Shown here: piece after piece, positions 43,725 to 52,562 of the stretch
Position numbering within the stretch: the stretch's first letter is position 1
Layout of the letters: each line of letters begins with the position of its first letter
Source: Candidatus Woesearchaeota archaeon
Lineage (GTDB): Archaea; Nanobdellota; Nanobdellia; Pacearchaeales; GW2011-AR1
NCBI GenBank assembly: GCA_964514585.1
Contig: CAZETU010000002.1
Coordinates: 65,486-129,485, forward strand
Reading direction: 5' to 3'
DNA: 64,000 nt
Translations under genes and position numbers: made by a program
The notes under the pieces: model-generated
Database searches by the model: none
What the model was told of the DNA's origin: nothing
Seen by the model: only the letters and a program-made list of their open reading frames with translations

Positions 43725-44432
43725 ATGGAAGATTTGATATATTTGTTTTGTGACTACTTTATTATGGTAACAAGTAAGAATGTAGATGCGAGAAATTATT
43801 CGCTATGGAGAAATTTTTTAATGGATACTCCCAAGTCCTATAGTCAGTGGTTTGCAGATGAAAAAGTTTATTTGGATCGACACATTGATTCTGACGGTAA
43901 TGTTTTGGATGTCGGTTGCGGTGAAGGAAGAAGTTTGAGGTATTTACTTGATAAAAATTTGTCATTATATGGGATAGATCATAATTTATTTGCAATAAGA
44001 GAGGGGAGAGATAGGCTCGTGGGTCGAGAAAATGTAACAATGATGATTGGGGATGCTAGAGATATTTGTTTTAGGGATGGCTTTTTTGATTATGTTTTGG
44101 CAATTTCTGTTCCTGCAAATTTTGGTAAACATAAGGCTAAGATATATTCTGAGATGAGTCGTGTTTTGAAACCAAATGGTGAGCTTGTTTTGAGTTGTTA
44201 TAATAATGAGAGTGAAACCTTTAGGGAAAGAATGAGAGTTTATGAGAGCATTGGAGCTCCGATAGAGAAAGTTGAAGGGACAACCGTTTTTATTAAATCT
44301 AGAGACGAGGATTGGATTTCTGAACAATATAGTAGGGAAAAATTGGGGATGGATTTAGATAAAAATGGATTTGTTTCTGTTGATATGATCAAAGAGGGGA
44401 TTGGTCTTTTTTGCAGGGCTAGGAAGAAATAA
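43725..44432 (+). CDS. Class I SAM-dependent methyltransferase
   Basis: Motif I VLDVGCGEGR. Leaderless spacing from ttctttaaatat. Confidence 0.75.
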   Translation: MEDLIYLFCDYFIMVTSKNVDARNYSLWRNFLMDTPKSYSQWFADEKVYLDRHIDSDGNVLDVGCGEGRSLRYLLDKNLSLYGIDHNLFAIREGRDRLVGRENVTMMIGDARDICFRDGFFDYVLAISVPANFGKHKAKIYSEMSRVLKPNGELVLSCYNNESETFRERMRVYESIGAPIEKVEGTTVFIKSRDEDWISEQYSREKLGMDLDKNGFVSVDMIKEGIGLFCRARKK

Positions 44433-44438
44433 TTTTAC

Positions 44439-44465
44439 TAAATCTTTATAAATTCCAAATGGGTT
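44439..44465 (+). repeat. 27-nt promoter-region repeat, copy 1
   Basis: taaatctttataaattccaaatgggtt. Confidence 0.6.
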
Positions 44466-44478
44466 TTATAATTATAAG

Positions 44479-44679
44479 ATGGTGAAGAAAAATAGAGTTA
44501 GGAAAATATTTCTTGCTTTAGTTGTTGGTCTGGCTGTTGTAAGTTTTTGGCGAGGGGCGTGGCAGCTTATGGATTTGTTTCTTTTTCCTAATAATTATAT
44601 TTTGAGTAATGTTGTTTCTCTTGTTGTTGGCTTTGTGCTTTTGGTTTTTACGCATCATGCGATTCGAGAATTTTTGTAA
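44479..44679 (+). CDS. Small membrane protein
   Basis: Two TM helices in 66 aa. Confidence 0.5.
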   Translation: MVKKNRVRKIFLALVVGLAVVSFWRGAWQLMDLFLFPNNYILSNVVSLVVGFVLLVFTHHAIREFL

Positions 44680-44681
44680 AA

Positions 44682-45248
44682 TTATTGTGTTTTTGGATTG
44701 TAGTTGCCTTTTGTTGGTTCGTAGTTTTTGATATATTTTAATGCTTCTTCTGGTGTTTCTACTATTTTGATTAGTTTATGGTTGTCTTCGGGGGCGAGAC
44801 CTTCTTTGCATGTTTTTTTGATTTGCTCTATTAGGGGATCATAGAGGCCGTTGGTGTTTATTATGACGATGGGCTTTGAGTGAAGGTCTACTTGTTTTGC
44901 TACGAGGACGTCCATAATTTCGTGGATGCTTCCGAATCCGCCTGGGAGTGTGATGAATGCGTCGGAGTGTTCTTGCATTTTTTTGAGTCTGTCTCCGAAG
45001 CCTTCTGTTATTATTGTGTTTCCTTTGCCAACAGCAATATCAACCCACATTTTCGGAATGATTTCAGTTATTTCATCGCTTTCTTCTGCAAACTTCTTTG
45101 AGACTTCTCCCATTAATCCGCGATGACTTCCTCCATATACTAGGTGGTGGTTTTCTTGGGCTAGGAGTTGTCCGGTTTTTCTCGCTACATCTATGTAATC
45201 TTGATGAAGACCTTCTAGCGATGAACAGAACACGCATATTTTTGTCAT
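44682..45248 (-). CDS. LOG-family (TIGR00730-type) nucleotide phosphoribohydrolase
   Basis: VYGGSHRGLMGE and PGGFGSIHE motifs. Confidence 0.8.
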   Translation of the reverse strand: MTKICVFCSSLEGLHQDYIDVARKTGQLLAQENHHLVYGGSHRGLMGEVSKKFAEESDEITEIIPKMWVDIAVGKGNTIITEGFGDRLKKMQEHSDAFITLPGGFGSIHEIMDVLVAKQVDLHSKPIVIINTNGLYDPLIEQIKKTCKEGLAPEDNHKLIKIVETPEEALKYIKNYEPTKGNYNPKTQ

Positions 45249-45273
45249 GGTAGTTTTTGCTTTTTTGCTTATA

Positions 45274-45300
45274 TAAATCTTTATAAATTCCAGATGGGTT
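45274..45300 (+). repeat. 27-nt promoter-region repeat, copy 2
   Basis: taaatctttataaattccagatgggtt (1 mismatch to copy 1). Confidence 0.6.
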
Positions 45301-45309
45301 CATAGTTTT

Positions 45310-45594
45310 ATGGTTGATGGTTTGAAAATTGAGAAGAAGAGCAAGGCGATTGGTGGGCTTGGCGAGGGCGATAAGCTTTGGATTAATGGAAAGGAAATGA
45401 AGGTTGATAAGCAATATTTGTTTCAGGATCATGGGAATATGAAGGAGATGATTATTGAGGTTTTTAATCCGGAGAATGAGCGAGAGTATCAGATTCGATA
45501 TTTTGATGATCAGATTGATACGTCGATTGAGATTTATGAATTGCTTGAAGAATTTGAGTATGTTAGGCGGGAGCCTAAGGCCATTGCTTGGTAA
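45310..45594 (+). CDS. Hypothetical protein
   Basis: 94-aa ORF at leaderless spacing from the repeated TATA. Confidence 0.5.
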   Translation: MVDGLKIEKKSKAIGGLGEGDKLWINGKEMKVDKQYLFQDHGNMKEMIIEVFNPENEREYQIRYFDDQIDTSIEIYELLEEFEYVRREPKAIAW

Positions 45595-45695
45595 TTCTTA
45601 TTTTCATTGTTAATTTCTTGGTAAAATTCTCCTGACGTACGTTTGTACGCGGCGTCGAATTTTACGCTGCGAACTTAACTAATGAAAATAAGAAT
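45594..45695. repeat. ~100-nt nested inverted-repeat element (long hairpin; MITE-like or structured RNA)
   Basis: Arms attcttattttcattgttaa / ttaactaatgaaaataagaat. Inner stem gtaaaattc/gaattttac. Apical cgtac-gttt-gtacg. Confidence 0.6.
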
Positions 45696-45751
45696 TTGGT
45701 ATGTTTTTTGACTATATATATTCTTAAAAATAAGAATTTTCTTTGTATTTT

Positions 45752-46504
45752 ATGGATAAGGATAATGTGGATTTTGAATCGGATTATACGATTCCGGAGC
45801 TTAGTCGGTCTAATGAAAAACCTAAGTCTACCGGGATTTTTACGGCGGACAGGGAGGAGATTAATGAGATTTATTCTAGGATTGATTCTGTGATTGATTG
45901 GATAAAGCAGTTTTATGATCGGTTTCAGTATTTGGAAAATGAGCTTGTCGGGATTAAGGCTGGTGTTGCTAAAAATGAAGTTAAGATTAATGATATTTCT
46001 GGTGATGTTAGTAGTTCGTCTTCTGTGAAGTTTGGCGCGGATTTGCAGAAGTTGGATCATGACTTGAGGGCTTTGTCGGAGAGGGTTGAGGAAAATAGGA
46101 TCCATGCGAATGAGATTGAACGGGATAAGAAGATTGTTGGCGAGGGGGTTCGGACTAATGAGTTGTCTACGATGAATCGGAAGGTTAATTATAATCTTGA
46201 GAAATCTAAGACTATTTTGGCTGAAGTTGAAGGTGTTTTTTCTAAGATTCAAAAAATTAAGAATGATTTTCAGGGTTTGGCTTCTGGTAAGGATGATGAA
46301 GATAAGGTGACAAAGTCAAGGGATGTTTTGGAGGCGTGGAATAAGGTTCCTGGTTTGGGAGAATCTACGCCTAGAAAAATTGAGCCGCCGCCTGCGAAGA
46401 AAGATTATAAGAGATTGGTTGATGAGGAAGACGAGAATCTTGGATCTTATCCTGTGGGCAGTAAGGAGTGGTTGAGGGAAGTTAAGAGAATTTCTAAACA
46501 GTGA
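45752..46504 (+). CDS. Hypothetical coiled-coil protein
   Basis: ATG 45752 below the TATA-like tatatatattcttaaaaata. Heptad-rich sequence. Confidence 0.55.
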   Translation: MDKDNVDFESDYTIPELSRSNEKPKSTGIFTADREEINEIYSRIDSVIDWIKQFYDRFQYLENELVGIKAGVAKNEVKINDISGDVSSSSSVKFGADLQKLDHDLRALSERVEENRIHANEIERDKKIVGEGVRTNELSTMNRKVNYNLEKSKTILAEVEGVFSKIQKIKNDFQGLASGKDDEDKVTKSRDVLEAWNKVPGLGESTPRKIEPPPAKKDYKRLVDEEDENLGSYPVGSKEWLREVKRISKQ

Positions 46505-46561
46505 GTTTTAATTTTTTTTAATCGTAAGTTTTATATAGTATTGGTTACCAATAGTATATTT

Positions 46562-46738
46562 ATGGTAACCACACAAAGAAAAGATACGGCGGTTCGAGTG
46601 AGTCGATGGTTGGATGATGCGGTTGAGAATTATATTTCTGATAAGAAAATGAAGGTGGAATTTCCATCTAAGCGTAACTTTGTCGATAAGGCAGTTATGC
46701 AATTTCTGGAGGGAAAAGGGGTAAATTTATCTGAGTAA
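46562..46738 (+). CDS. Ribbon-helix-helix-like small DNA-binding protein
   Basis: 58 aa. TAVRVSRWLDDAVENYI fits an RHH strand-helix. The palindrome attggttaccaat overlaps its promoter. Confidence 0.45.
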   Translation: MVTTQRKDTAVRVSRWLDDAVENYISDKKMKVEFPSKRNFVDKAVMQFLEGKGVNLSE

Positions 46739-46788
46739 TAATTTGGTTTATTATTCAGATAAATTATATTTAAAAAATGAGGAGGATA

Positions 46789-46908
46789 ATGGATAAGATA
46801 GAACAGGCGAGGGAAATGTTCATGGCTTTGGAAGGTCGACGTGAAAACGTGGCCGATATTGCTCGGCGGACATTTTGTATTCAAGATAGATTAGCTGGGT
46901 TGGATTAG
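46789..46908 (+). CDS. Possible 39-aa ORF
   Basis: GAGGAGG then ATG. MDKIEQAREMFMALEGRRENVADIARRTFCIQDRLAGLD. Its stop overlaps the dys stop. Confidence 0.25.
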   Translation: MDKIEQAREMFMALEGRRENVADIARRTFCIQDRLAGLD

Positions 46909-47873
46909 TTATTTGTTTTGAAACATTTTGCTACTATTAGCGGGAATATGATTGTGGCGTCTCCGTGGACTTTTACGGATTTTGCGTCCCCAGATATTTT
47001 TCCCCATGACACTGCTTCGTCGGGGGTTGCTCCTGAATCTGAAGCGTCGAATTCTTGCGCCGTATTTATGTATACTGCGTAATCTGCTCCGTTTCTGTAT
47101 AGGTTTGCGTTGCAAATGTGATGTTTGATAACCCCTGAGCCTAGTATTAGCATTCCGGTTTTTTCTTTGCCTAAGGATGAGTTGTTCATTTCAACCATGT
47201 CGTCAGTTATTTCTATTGAGAAGTTTGGGTTTTTGTTTTTGTAAAAGTATATCATGTCTCCTAGGGAACCGTCTAGAAGTGCTGGGGCGAAAACAGGAAT
47301 ATTGTTTTTGTAAGCCCAGTAATATATTGATTCTTTGTTGTCTATTTCTTTTCCTAAGAGATTAATTAATTTTGATGGAGTTAATTTTTCGTTTTTGTAT
47401 TTTTCTAGAATTGGTAGCACCCAGTCTTCGAAGGTTGTGTATCTGTTGTTTGGGACGATCATATTCCCTGTTCTGTTTAACCCTTTGTCTCTTAGCTTGC
47501 TTCCTTCTAGATTGAAGTCTGCAATTTTGAAATCTTTGAAGCATTTTATGAAATCTTCTTCTATTCCTCCGGCGGTTGTTACAATGAGGTCGATCATTTT
47601 GTGTTGGACTAGGTATTTGAAGATATCTCGGAGTCCTGAGGTTACCATATTTGAGGTATACCCGAGGTATATGAATGCCTTTTCACGACGCATTTCTTTT
47701 ATAATTTTTATTGCTCTGCCTAGGTTTGTTGCTTGAGCGCCCATGTTTTGATATGAGTCTAGTAACCCATCTAAGTCTATTTCTTTGTTGAAGTCGGGAC
47801 CTTTTACGGATGGGCCTTCGAATTCTTCTGATTCCTTTAGTATATTTTCTTCTGGGTTGTCGTTTTTTGTCAT
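46905..47873 (-). CDS. dys: Deoxyhypusine synthase
   Basis: TSNMVTSGLRD...TTAGGIEEDFIKC...GDMIYF signature blocks. Confidence 0.9.
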   Translation of the reverse strand: MTKNDNPEENILKESEEFEGPSVKGPDFNKEIDLDGLLDSYQNMGAQATNLGRAIKIIKEMRREKAFIYLGYTSNMVTSGLRDIFKYLVQHKMIDLIVTTAGGIEEDFIKCFKDFKIADFNLEGSKLRDKGLNRTGNMIVPNNRYTTFEDWVLPILEKYKNEKLTPSKLINLLGKEIDNKESIYYWAYKNNIPVFAPALLDGSLGDMIYFYKNKNPNFSIEITDDMVEMNNSSLGKEKTGMLILGSGVIKHHICNANLYRNGADYAVYINTAQEFDASDSGATPDEAVSWGKISGDAKSVKVHGDATIIFPLIVAKCFKTNN

Positions 47874-47964
47874 ATAATTATTGGTAGAAGTTGACTTAAA
47901 AGTTTAACTGAATATTGGTTTTTATCATATAAATGCTTAAAAGTTTTGGATGTCGTTTTTCTAA

Positions 47965-48234
47965 ATGGATGGTAAATTTGTTTCTTTTTATGCTGGGTTT
48001 GGCTCTTGGTTTTTAGAGGCTAGTTTTAACGGACTTTTTACTTATAGTGTTACTATTCCTATTAATGGTAATCGTGAAAGGGCATTGGAAGGATTGGCGA
48101 GCTGGCTTTTCGATCATGAAATTACTGTTTATGGTTGTGTTAAAATTGATTCCCCTAACAAGGATTTATCTCTTTTAGATAAGAAGGAGGCCAAATATTT
48201 GTTTGATAGGACTTGTGAACTTAGAGATCGATAA
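47965..48234 (+). CDS. Hypothetical protein
   Basis: 89-aa ORF. Convergent 14-nt overlap with the DHH gene. Confidence 0.4.
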   Translation: MDGKFVSFYAGFGSWFLEASFNGLFTYSVTIPINGNRERALEGLASWLFDHEITVYGCVKIDSPNKDLSLLDKKEAKYLFDRTCELRDR

Positions 48235-49282
48235 GGTCTTTTTGTGAAGTTAATCTAATAATTTTTGTTTTGAATTTTTCAAATTCATCAATTGGTACCA
48301 TTGCGCCCGTTGCCTCTTCGTGCCCGCCGCCTGTTGCACCGTCGATCCCTTCAATTGTTTGTTTCGTGATTTCTAATGCATTTTTTCCTCGGATTGAAAT
48401 ATTGACTTTTTCTGGTCGTTTGAATGCGACGACTATTAGTTTGTTTTTGTGGTTGAAGTATAGACGGTTTGAGATTTCTGCGGACATGCTTGTGTTGCCT
48501 GAGTATGAGAAGAATAATATTGGTGAACTTTCGTCGAATCTTTCTTCGGCTTTTTCTACTTGTTTGTTGTAAAATTCGTTTAGCTGGGAGTATCGTTTGT
48601 GGGTTTGTCTTGTTTGTGGGTTTTCTTCTAGGATGTCGTAGATGTTTTTTGCTTTGAATAGGTATTTCATTAGTCTAACGACATTTGTTATTGAGTCCAT
48701 TAGGGCGAAGTTTAGCATTCTGACCATTTTGCCGACTTCTGTTGCGTGGAGAGCTTCGAATGGTTCTAGGTTTGAGTTGAAAAGTTCGGGGGATTCTTTT
48801 TCGAAATCTTTTGCGAAGTCTGGCATGTATACGTCGCCGATGCATCCAATCATTGCTAACCAGAGGTCTTCTTTTTTGTTGAATATTTTTTGAGCGATGT
48901 AGGTCGTTGGTTCGGCTTCAGGTAAAGAATTATAGTAGGATGTTTTATCGATTATTTCTTGTGGGGTTTTTGTTTCGTGATGATCAATCCAGATTATTGG
49001 TATACCTTTTTCTTCAACGCCGTCTACAAACTCTTTACTTACTTCTGCTTTGTCTAAAATGAAAACTGCGTCTGGGTTTAATTCATCTACTTTTCTTAGG
49101 TATTGATCTTTTAGGTCTGGGAATGATTTTATTGCTACGCCTCGTCCTCGGTCTATTGCTCTTCTTAAAATTAGGAATGCACAGAGTCCGTCTACGTCGT
49201 TATCGAAAAAGAATAGGGGGTTTTGTGATTTTTCTAATTGTTCACGGATTTCTTGGAGTTGGTTTAGTGATAGCATTAACAA
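48221..49282 (-). CDS. DHH/DHHA1 phosphoesterase (NrnA/Pde2/RecJ-like)
   Basis: DNDVDG, IWIDHHE, GDVY and DHHA1 GGGHEEATG motifs. 7-nt overlap with disA. Confidence 0.8.
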   Translation of the reverse strand: MLMLSLNQLQEIREQLEKSQNPLFFFDNDVDGLCAFLILRRAIDRGRGVAIKSFPDLKDQYLRKVDELNPDAVFILDKAEVSKEFVDGVEEKGIPIIWIDHHETKTPQEIIDKTSYYNSLPEAEPTTYIAQKIFNKKEDLWLAMIGCIGDVYMPDFAKDFEKESPELFNSNLEPFEALHATEVGKMVRMLNFALMDSITNVVRLMKYLFKAKNIYDILEENPQTRQTHKRYSQLNEFYNKQVEKAEERFDESSPILFFSYSGNTSMSAEISNRLYFNHKNKLIVVAFKRPEKVNISIRGKNALEITKQTIEGIDGATGGGHEEATGAMVPIDEFEKFKTKIIRLTSQKDLIDL

Positions 49283-50319
49283 ATCACCTTTCCGTTTAGT
49301 ATTTGTTCTCTTAAGTTGCCTATGTCTTCGATTATTGATGAACTTCTATTTCTTAGAAGTGGCTCTAATTCTTTTGATTCTATTTTTAGGAGATTTTCTA
49401 GGTTTTTTGATATTTTGACTATTTGTGATATTTCTTTAGCAGATAGGGAGAGGTGTGACAAGAATCGGTATCCTCGAGGTGAAATACTTTCTTCAAGTGG
49501 TTTTTCTAGGATTAGTCTTGCTATTGATTCTATATCAAGTAGTCCTTCGAATGTTATATTTGAAAGAAGGGTTTTTGATTTTTTTAGTGAGAGTGTAGCG
49601 TAATCTCTTAGGATTTCATTTTCTCTTTTTTCTACGCCTCTAAGAAGTTCTTTGTATCTCATGTGCATAATATTTCCTTCTTTACCTAGTTCTGTGAAAT
49701 TTCGCTTAATTGATTCTGAGATTTTTAGAATTATTTCGGCTCTTTGAATTACTTTGCAAATGTCGCCGATTGAAACTAGTTCTGACATTTCTAGGATATT
49801 TAGATTGCTGATTTGTTCGTCTAACATTTCTCTTTGTTTTTCTAGGATTTGTAGATTTGAACTTATGTTTCTAGTTAATTCTTCGGTTGATTTTAGATAG
49901 TAACGGGACTGTCCGTGGTATAGTGTTGTTTTCTTTCTTCTTTCTGAGACTGCGATTGTGAATGTGTGGGCCTGTTTTGCGGTTCGTTCTGCTGCTTTGT
50001 GCCTAGTTCCTGTTTCAAGAGTGTGGACGGATGTGTCTGGGTTCATTAGGATATTTGCGTAGAGGATTCTTTTGAGGTCTGAGCTGACGATTATTGCCCC
50101 GTCCATTTTACAGAGTTCGAAAAGTTTTTGGGCTGTGAATCTAGAATTAATTCTGAATCCGCCTTCCATGATATTTTGAGAGTGAAGGTTTGGGGTGTCG
50201 AATACAATCATTGCTCCGAGATCGGACCTAACTACGTCGTCTATTACTGTTCTTAGGGGGGTTCCTGGTGAGACCATTTTAATGAAATCTATGAATGTTT
50301 TTTCTTTTTCGACTGCCAT
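49276..50319 (-). CDS. disA: DisA-type diadenylate cyclase (DNA integrity scanning protein)
   Basis: SPGTPLRTVIDDV, KMDGAIIVS, ETGTRHKAAERTAKQ, PRGYRFL. Collinear with bacterial DisA over the full length. Confidence 0.85.
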   Translation of the reverse strand: MAVEKEKTFIDFIKMVSPGTPLRTVIDDVVRSDLGAMIVFDTPNLHSQNIMEGGFRINSRFTAQKLFELCKMDGAIIVSSDLKRILYANILMNPDTSVHTLETGTRHKAAERTAKQAHTFTIAVSERRKKTTLYHGQSRYYLKSTEELTRNISSNLQILEKQREMLDEQISNLNILEMSELVSIGDICKVIQRAEIILKISESIKRNFTELGKEGNIMHMRYKELLRGVEKRENEILRDYATLSLKKSKTLLSNITFEGLLDIESIARLILEKPLEESISPRGYRFLSHLSLSAKEISQIVKISKNLENLLKIESKELEPLLRNRSSSIIEDIGNLREQILNGKVIC

Positions 50320-50392
50320 ACATGAAGAAAAGTGAGTGAGGTATTTATATTTTTATGCTTAATTTTTTAAATTGGGGTTTGTTTGAGATTTT

Positions 50393-50866
50393 ATGGTTAA
50401 TTATAAGAAGAAATATCAGAAGATTGTTGACGAGTTAGTTGGGGAGAGCTTTCCTGAGTTGAATGGGAAGAGGATTTGGGTTTCTGAGGCTAATGAAAAA
50501 GTTAGTAATAGATGTTTGGCGGCCACATACTACTTTGTTTTGTTTTCTTTTGTTAAAGTTGGTCGAAAATTCAGGGGGTATACTGATTTTGAAGCGAGGG
50601 GAGTTCTTGCTCATGAGATGGGACATATTTTGCGTTTTGAATCATGTAGTCTTTTTGGTAAAGCTTGGAAGGGTTTTAGGTATTTTACTTCTCGGAAGGC
50701 TCGTACTGTTGAAGAAAATGCTTGTGATAGAATTGCTATTGAGAAAGGGTATGCGAGGGGTTTGGCTTCTGTTAAAAAGAGGAAGCGAAAGAATCGTAAA
50801 TATCGTGATTGTTATTTGTCTGCAAAGCAGGTTGAGGCTTATGCCAAGGAGATTGGGAAATGGTGA
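50393..50866 (+). CDS. Putative zinc metallohydrolase (HExxH)
   Basis: VLAHEMGHILRF. 7-nt overlap with kae1. Confidence 0.5.
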   Translation: MVNYKKKYQKIVDELVGESFPELNGKRIWVSEANEKVSNRCLAATYYFVLFSFVKVGRKFRGYTDFEARGVLAHEMGHILRFESCSLFGKAWKGFRYFTSRKARTVEENACDRIAIEKGYARGLASVKKRKRKNRKYRDCYLSAKQVEAYAKEIGKW

Positions 50867-51855
50867 AGTATATTTTGGGTGTTGAGTCGACTGCGCATAC
50901 TTTTGGGGTTGCGGTTGTGGATTTTGATGGGAAGATTTTGGCGAATGTGAAGGATGCGTATACTACCGAGGAGGGTGGGATGATTCCTTTGGAGGTTCGG
51001 AAGCATCATAAAGAGGTTAGTGATAATTTGTACAAGGAGGCCTTGGAAGAAGCTGGGATTAGTGAAGATGAGATTGAGGCTATTGCCTTTTCGAATGCTC
51101 CTGGTCTTGCTCCTTGTTTGTTGGAGGGGATGGAGTTTGTTAAGGGGGTTGCTTCTAGGTTGGATGTGCCGGTTGTTTGTGTTAATCATTGTGTTGCTCA
51201 TTTGGAGATTGGGGAGACGGTTGGGGCGAAGGACCCTGTGATGCTTTATGCTTCGGGGGCGAATACTCAGGTGATTGCTTACGAGGCTGGGAAGTATCGG
51301 GTTTTTGGTGAGACTTTGGATTTGGGTGTTGGGAATTTTATTGATACTTTTGCTCGGTATGCTGGGCTTGGTTTTCCTGGAGGGCCGAAGATTCAGAAGT
51401 TGGCGGAGGAGTATGGGGATAAAGATAATTTGATTGAGCTTCCTTATTCTATTAAGGGGATGGATGTTGCGTTTTCGGGGTTGCAGACTAAGTTGAAGAA
51501 TTTACTTGACAAAGGTGGGGATGTTCGGGCTCTTAGTTATTCGATGCAGGAGACGGTTTTTGCGATGTTGGTCGAGGCTGCGGAGAGAGCTTTGGCGCAT
51601 ACTGGTAAAAGTGAGTTGTTGCTTGGTGGCGGGGTTGCTTGTAATTCGCGGTTGCAGGAAATGTGTAAGATTATGTGTGATGAGAGGGGCGTTGAATTTT
51701 TTTGTCCGGCTCGGCCTTTGTTGGTTGATAATGCTGGGATGATTGGGTATTTGGGTTTGAAGATGTATAAGGCTGGAATTTTTGAAAAAGATTTGGATAA
51801 GGTTGATATCTCGCCGAGGGAAAGGACTGATGATGTTGAGGTTAGGTGGAAGTAA
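50860..51855 (+). CDS. kae1: tRNA N6-adenosine threonylcarbamoyltransferase Kae1
   Basis: ILGVESTAHTFGVAVV, NHCVAHLE, ASGANTQV, GGGVACNSRL. Confidence 0.9.
   Translation: MVKYILGVESTAHTFGVAVVDFDGKILANVKDAYTTEEGGMIPLEVRKHHKEVSDNLYKEALEEAGISEDEIEAIAFSNAPGLAPCLLEGMEFVKGVASRLDVPVVCVNHCVAHLEIGETVGAKDPVMLYASGANTQVIAYEAGKYRVFGETLDLGVGNFIDTFARYAGLGFPGGPKIQKLAEEYGDKDNLIELPYSIKGMDVAFSGLQTKLKNLLDKGGDVRALSYSMQETVFAMLVEAAERALAHTGKSELLLGGGVACNSRLQEMCKIMCDERGVEFFCPARPLLVDNAGMIGYLGLKMYKAGIFEKDLDKVDISPRERTDDVEVRWK
51836..51855 (+). repeat. 20-nt direct repeat, left copy (3' end of kae1)
   Basis: ttgaggttaggtggaagtaa is identical to 52512-52531. Confidence 0.75.
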
Positions 51856-51858
51856 ACT

Positions 51859-52455
51859 CTAGTGTATAGATAGGTCATAGTAATAGAGTCCTTTGTTTTT
51901 GACTATTGCAAAGTCGAGATATGGGATACCTTCTTGAAATATAAGTAGGTCTTTACATATTGCTATTAAATATTCTTTAATTTCTGAATCTGGTATCTGA
52001 GAGAATATAATTCTTTTATTTGTAATAGGTATTTTGAATGAAAAATCTGGTTTGATATCTGTTCCGGATTTTCTTGCTCCTTTGACTATGTCTATGAATA
52101 TATTGTTTCTAGTTTTTAATGCATGTCCTTCTAGGTCTACATTTGAATCATTGTAACACATTCCTAGAGAAAAAATTCTTTTTTCTTTTGGAATTTTGTC
52201 ATTATCCATTTCTTTATTTAATTCTTCAATTGAATCTTTGATTTGGTTTCTTGAGATATTAATCCGTTTCCATTTTTTAATTTCATAGGGGTGTGCATTT
52301 ATTTTGACTCTTTCATCAGACCCTATCAAAAGTAAAGATTTTTCTTTGTTGAGCGAGTCTAATTGCTTTGGTGATATTTCGGAGAATTTTTTAATATGGA
52401 TAAATCCTTCGGGTAGCCCTAAGCTTTTTAATAATAATAAGCCTTTAATGTTCAT
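51859..52455 (-). CDS. Hypothetical protein on a repeat-flanked insert
   Basis: 198-aa ORF with no recognisable motif. Occupies almost the whole interval between the 20-nt repeats. Confidence 0.55.
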   Translation of the reverse strand: MNIKGLLLLKSLGLPEGFIHIKKFSEISPKQLDSLNKEKSLLLIGSDERVKINAHPYEIKKWKRINISRNQIKDSIEELNKEMDNDKIPKEKRIFSLGMCYNDSNVDLEGHALKTRNNIFIDIVKGARKSGTDIKPDFSFKIPITNKRIIFSQIPDSEIKEYLIAICKDLLIFQEGIPYLDFAIVKNKGLYYYDLSIH

Positions 52456-52511
52456 AAGAGTTTTACAGTTTTGGATTATAAAAAATTATCTTGTGTTATT
52501 CTGGGGCAATA

Positions 52512-52531
52512 TTGAGGTTAGGTGGAAGTAA
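52512..52531 (+). repeat. 20-nt direct repeat, right copy
   Basis: ttgaggttaggtggaagtaa. Confidence 0.75.
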
Positions 52532-52562
52532 GATTTAAATAATTCTAATGAGAGGTTGTTTT

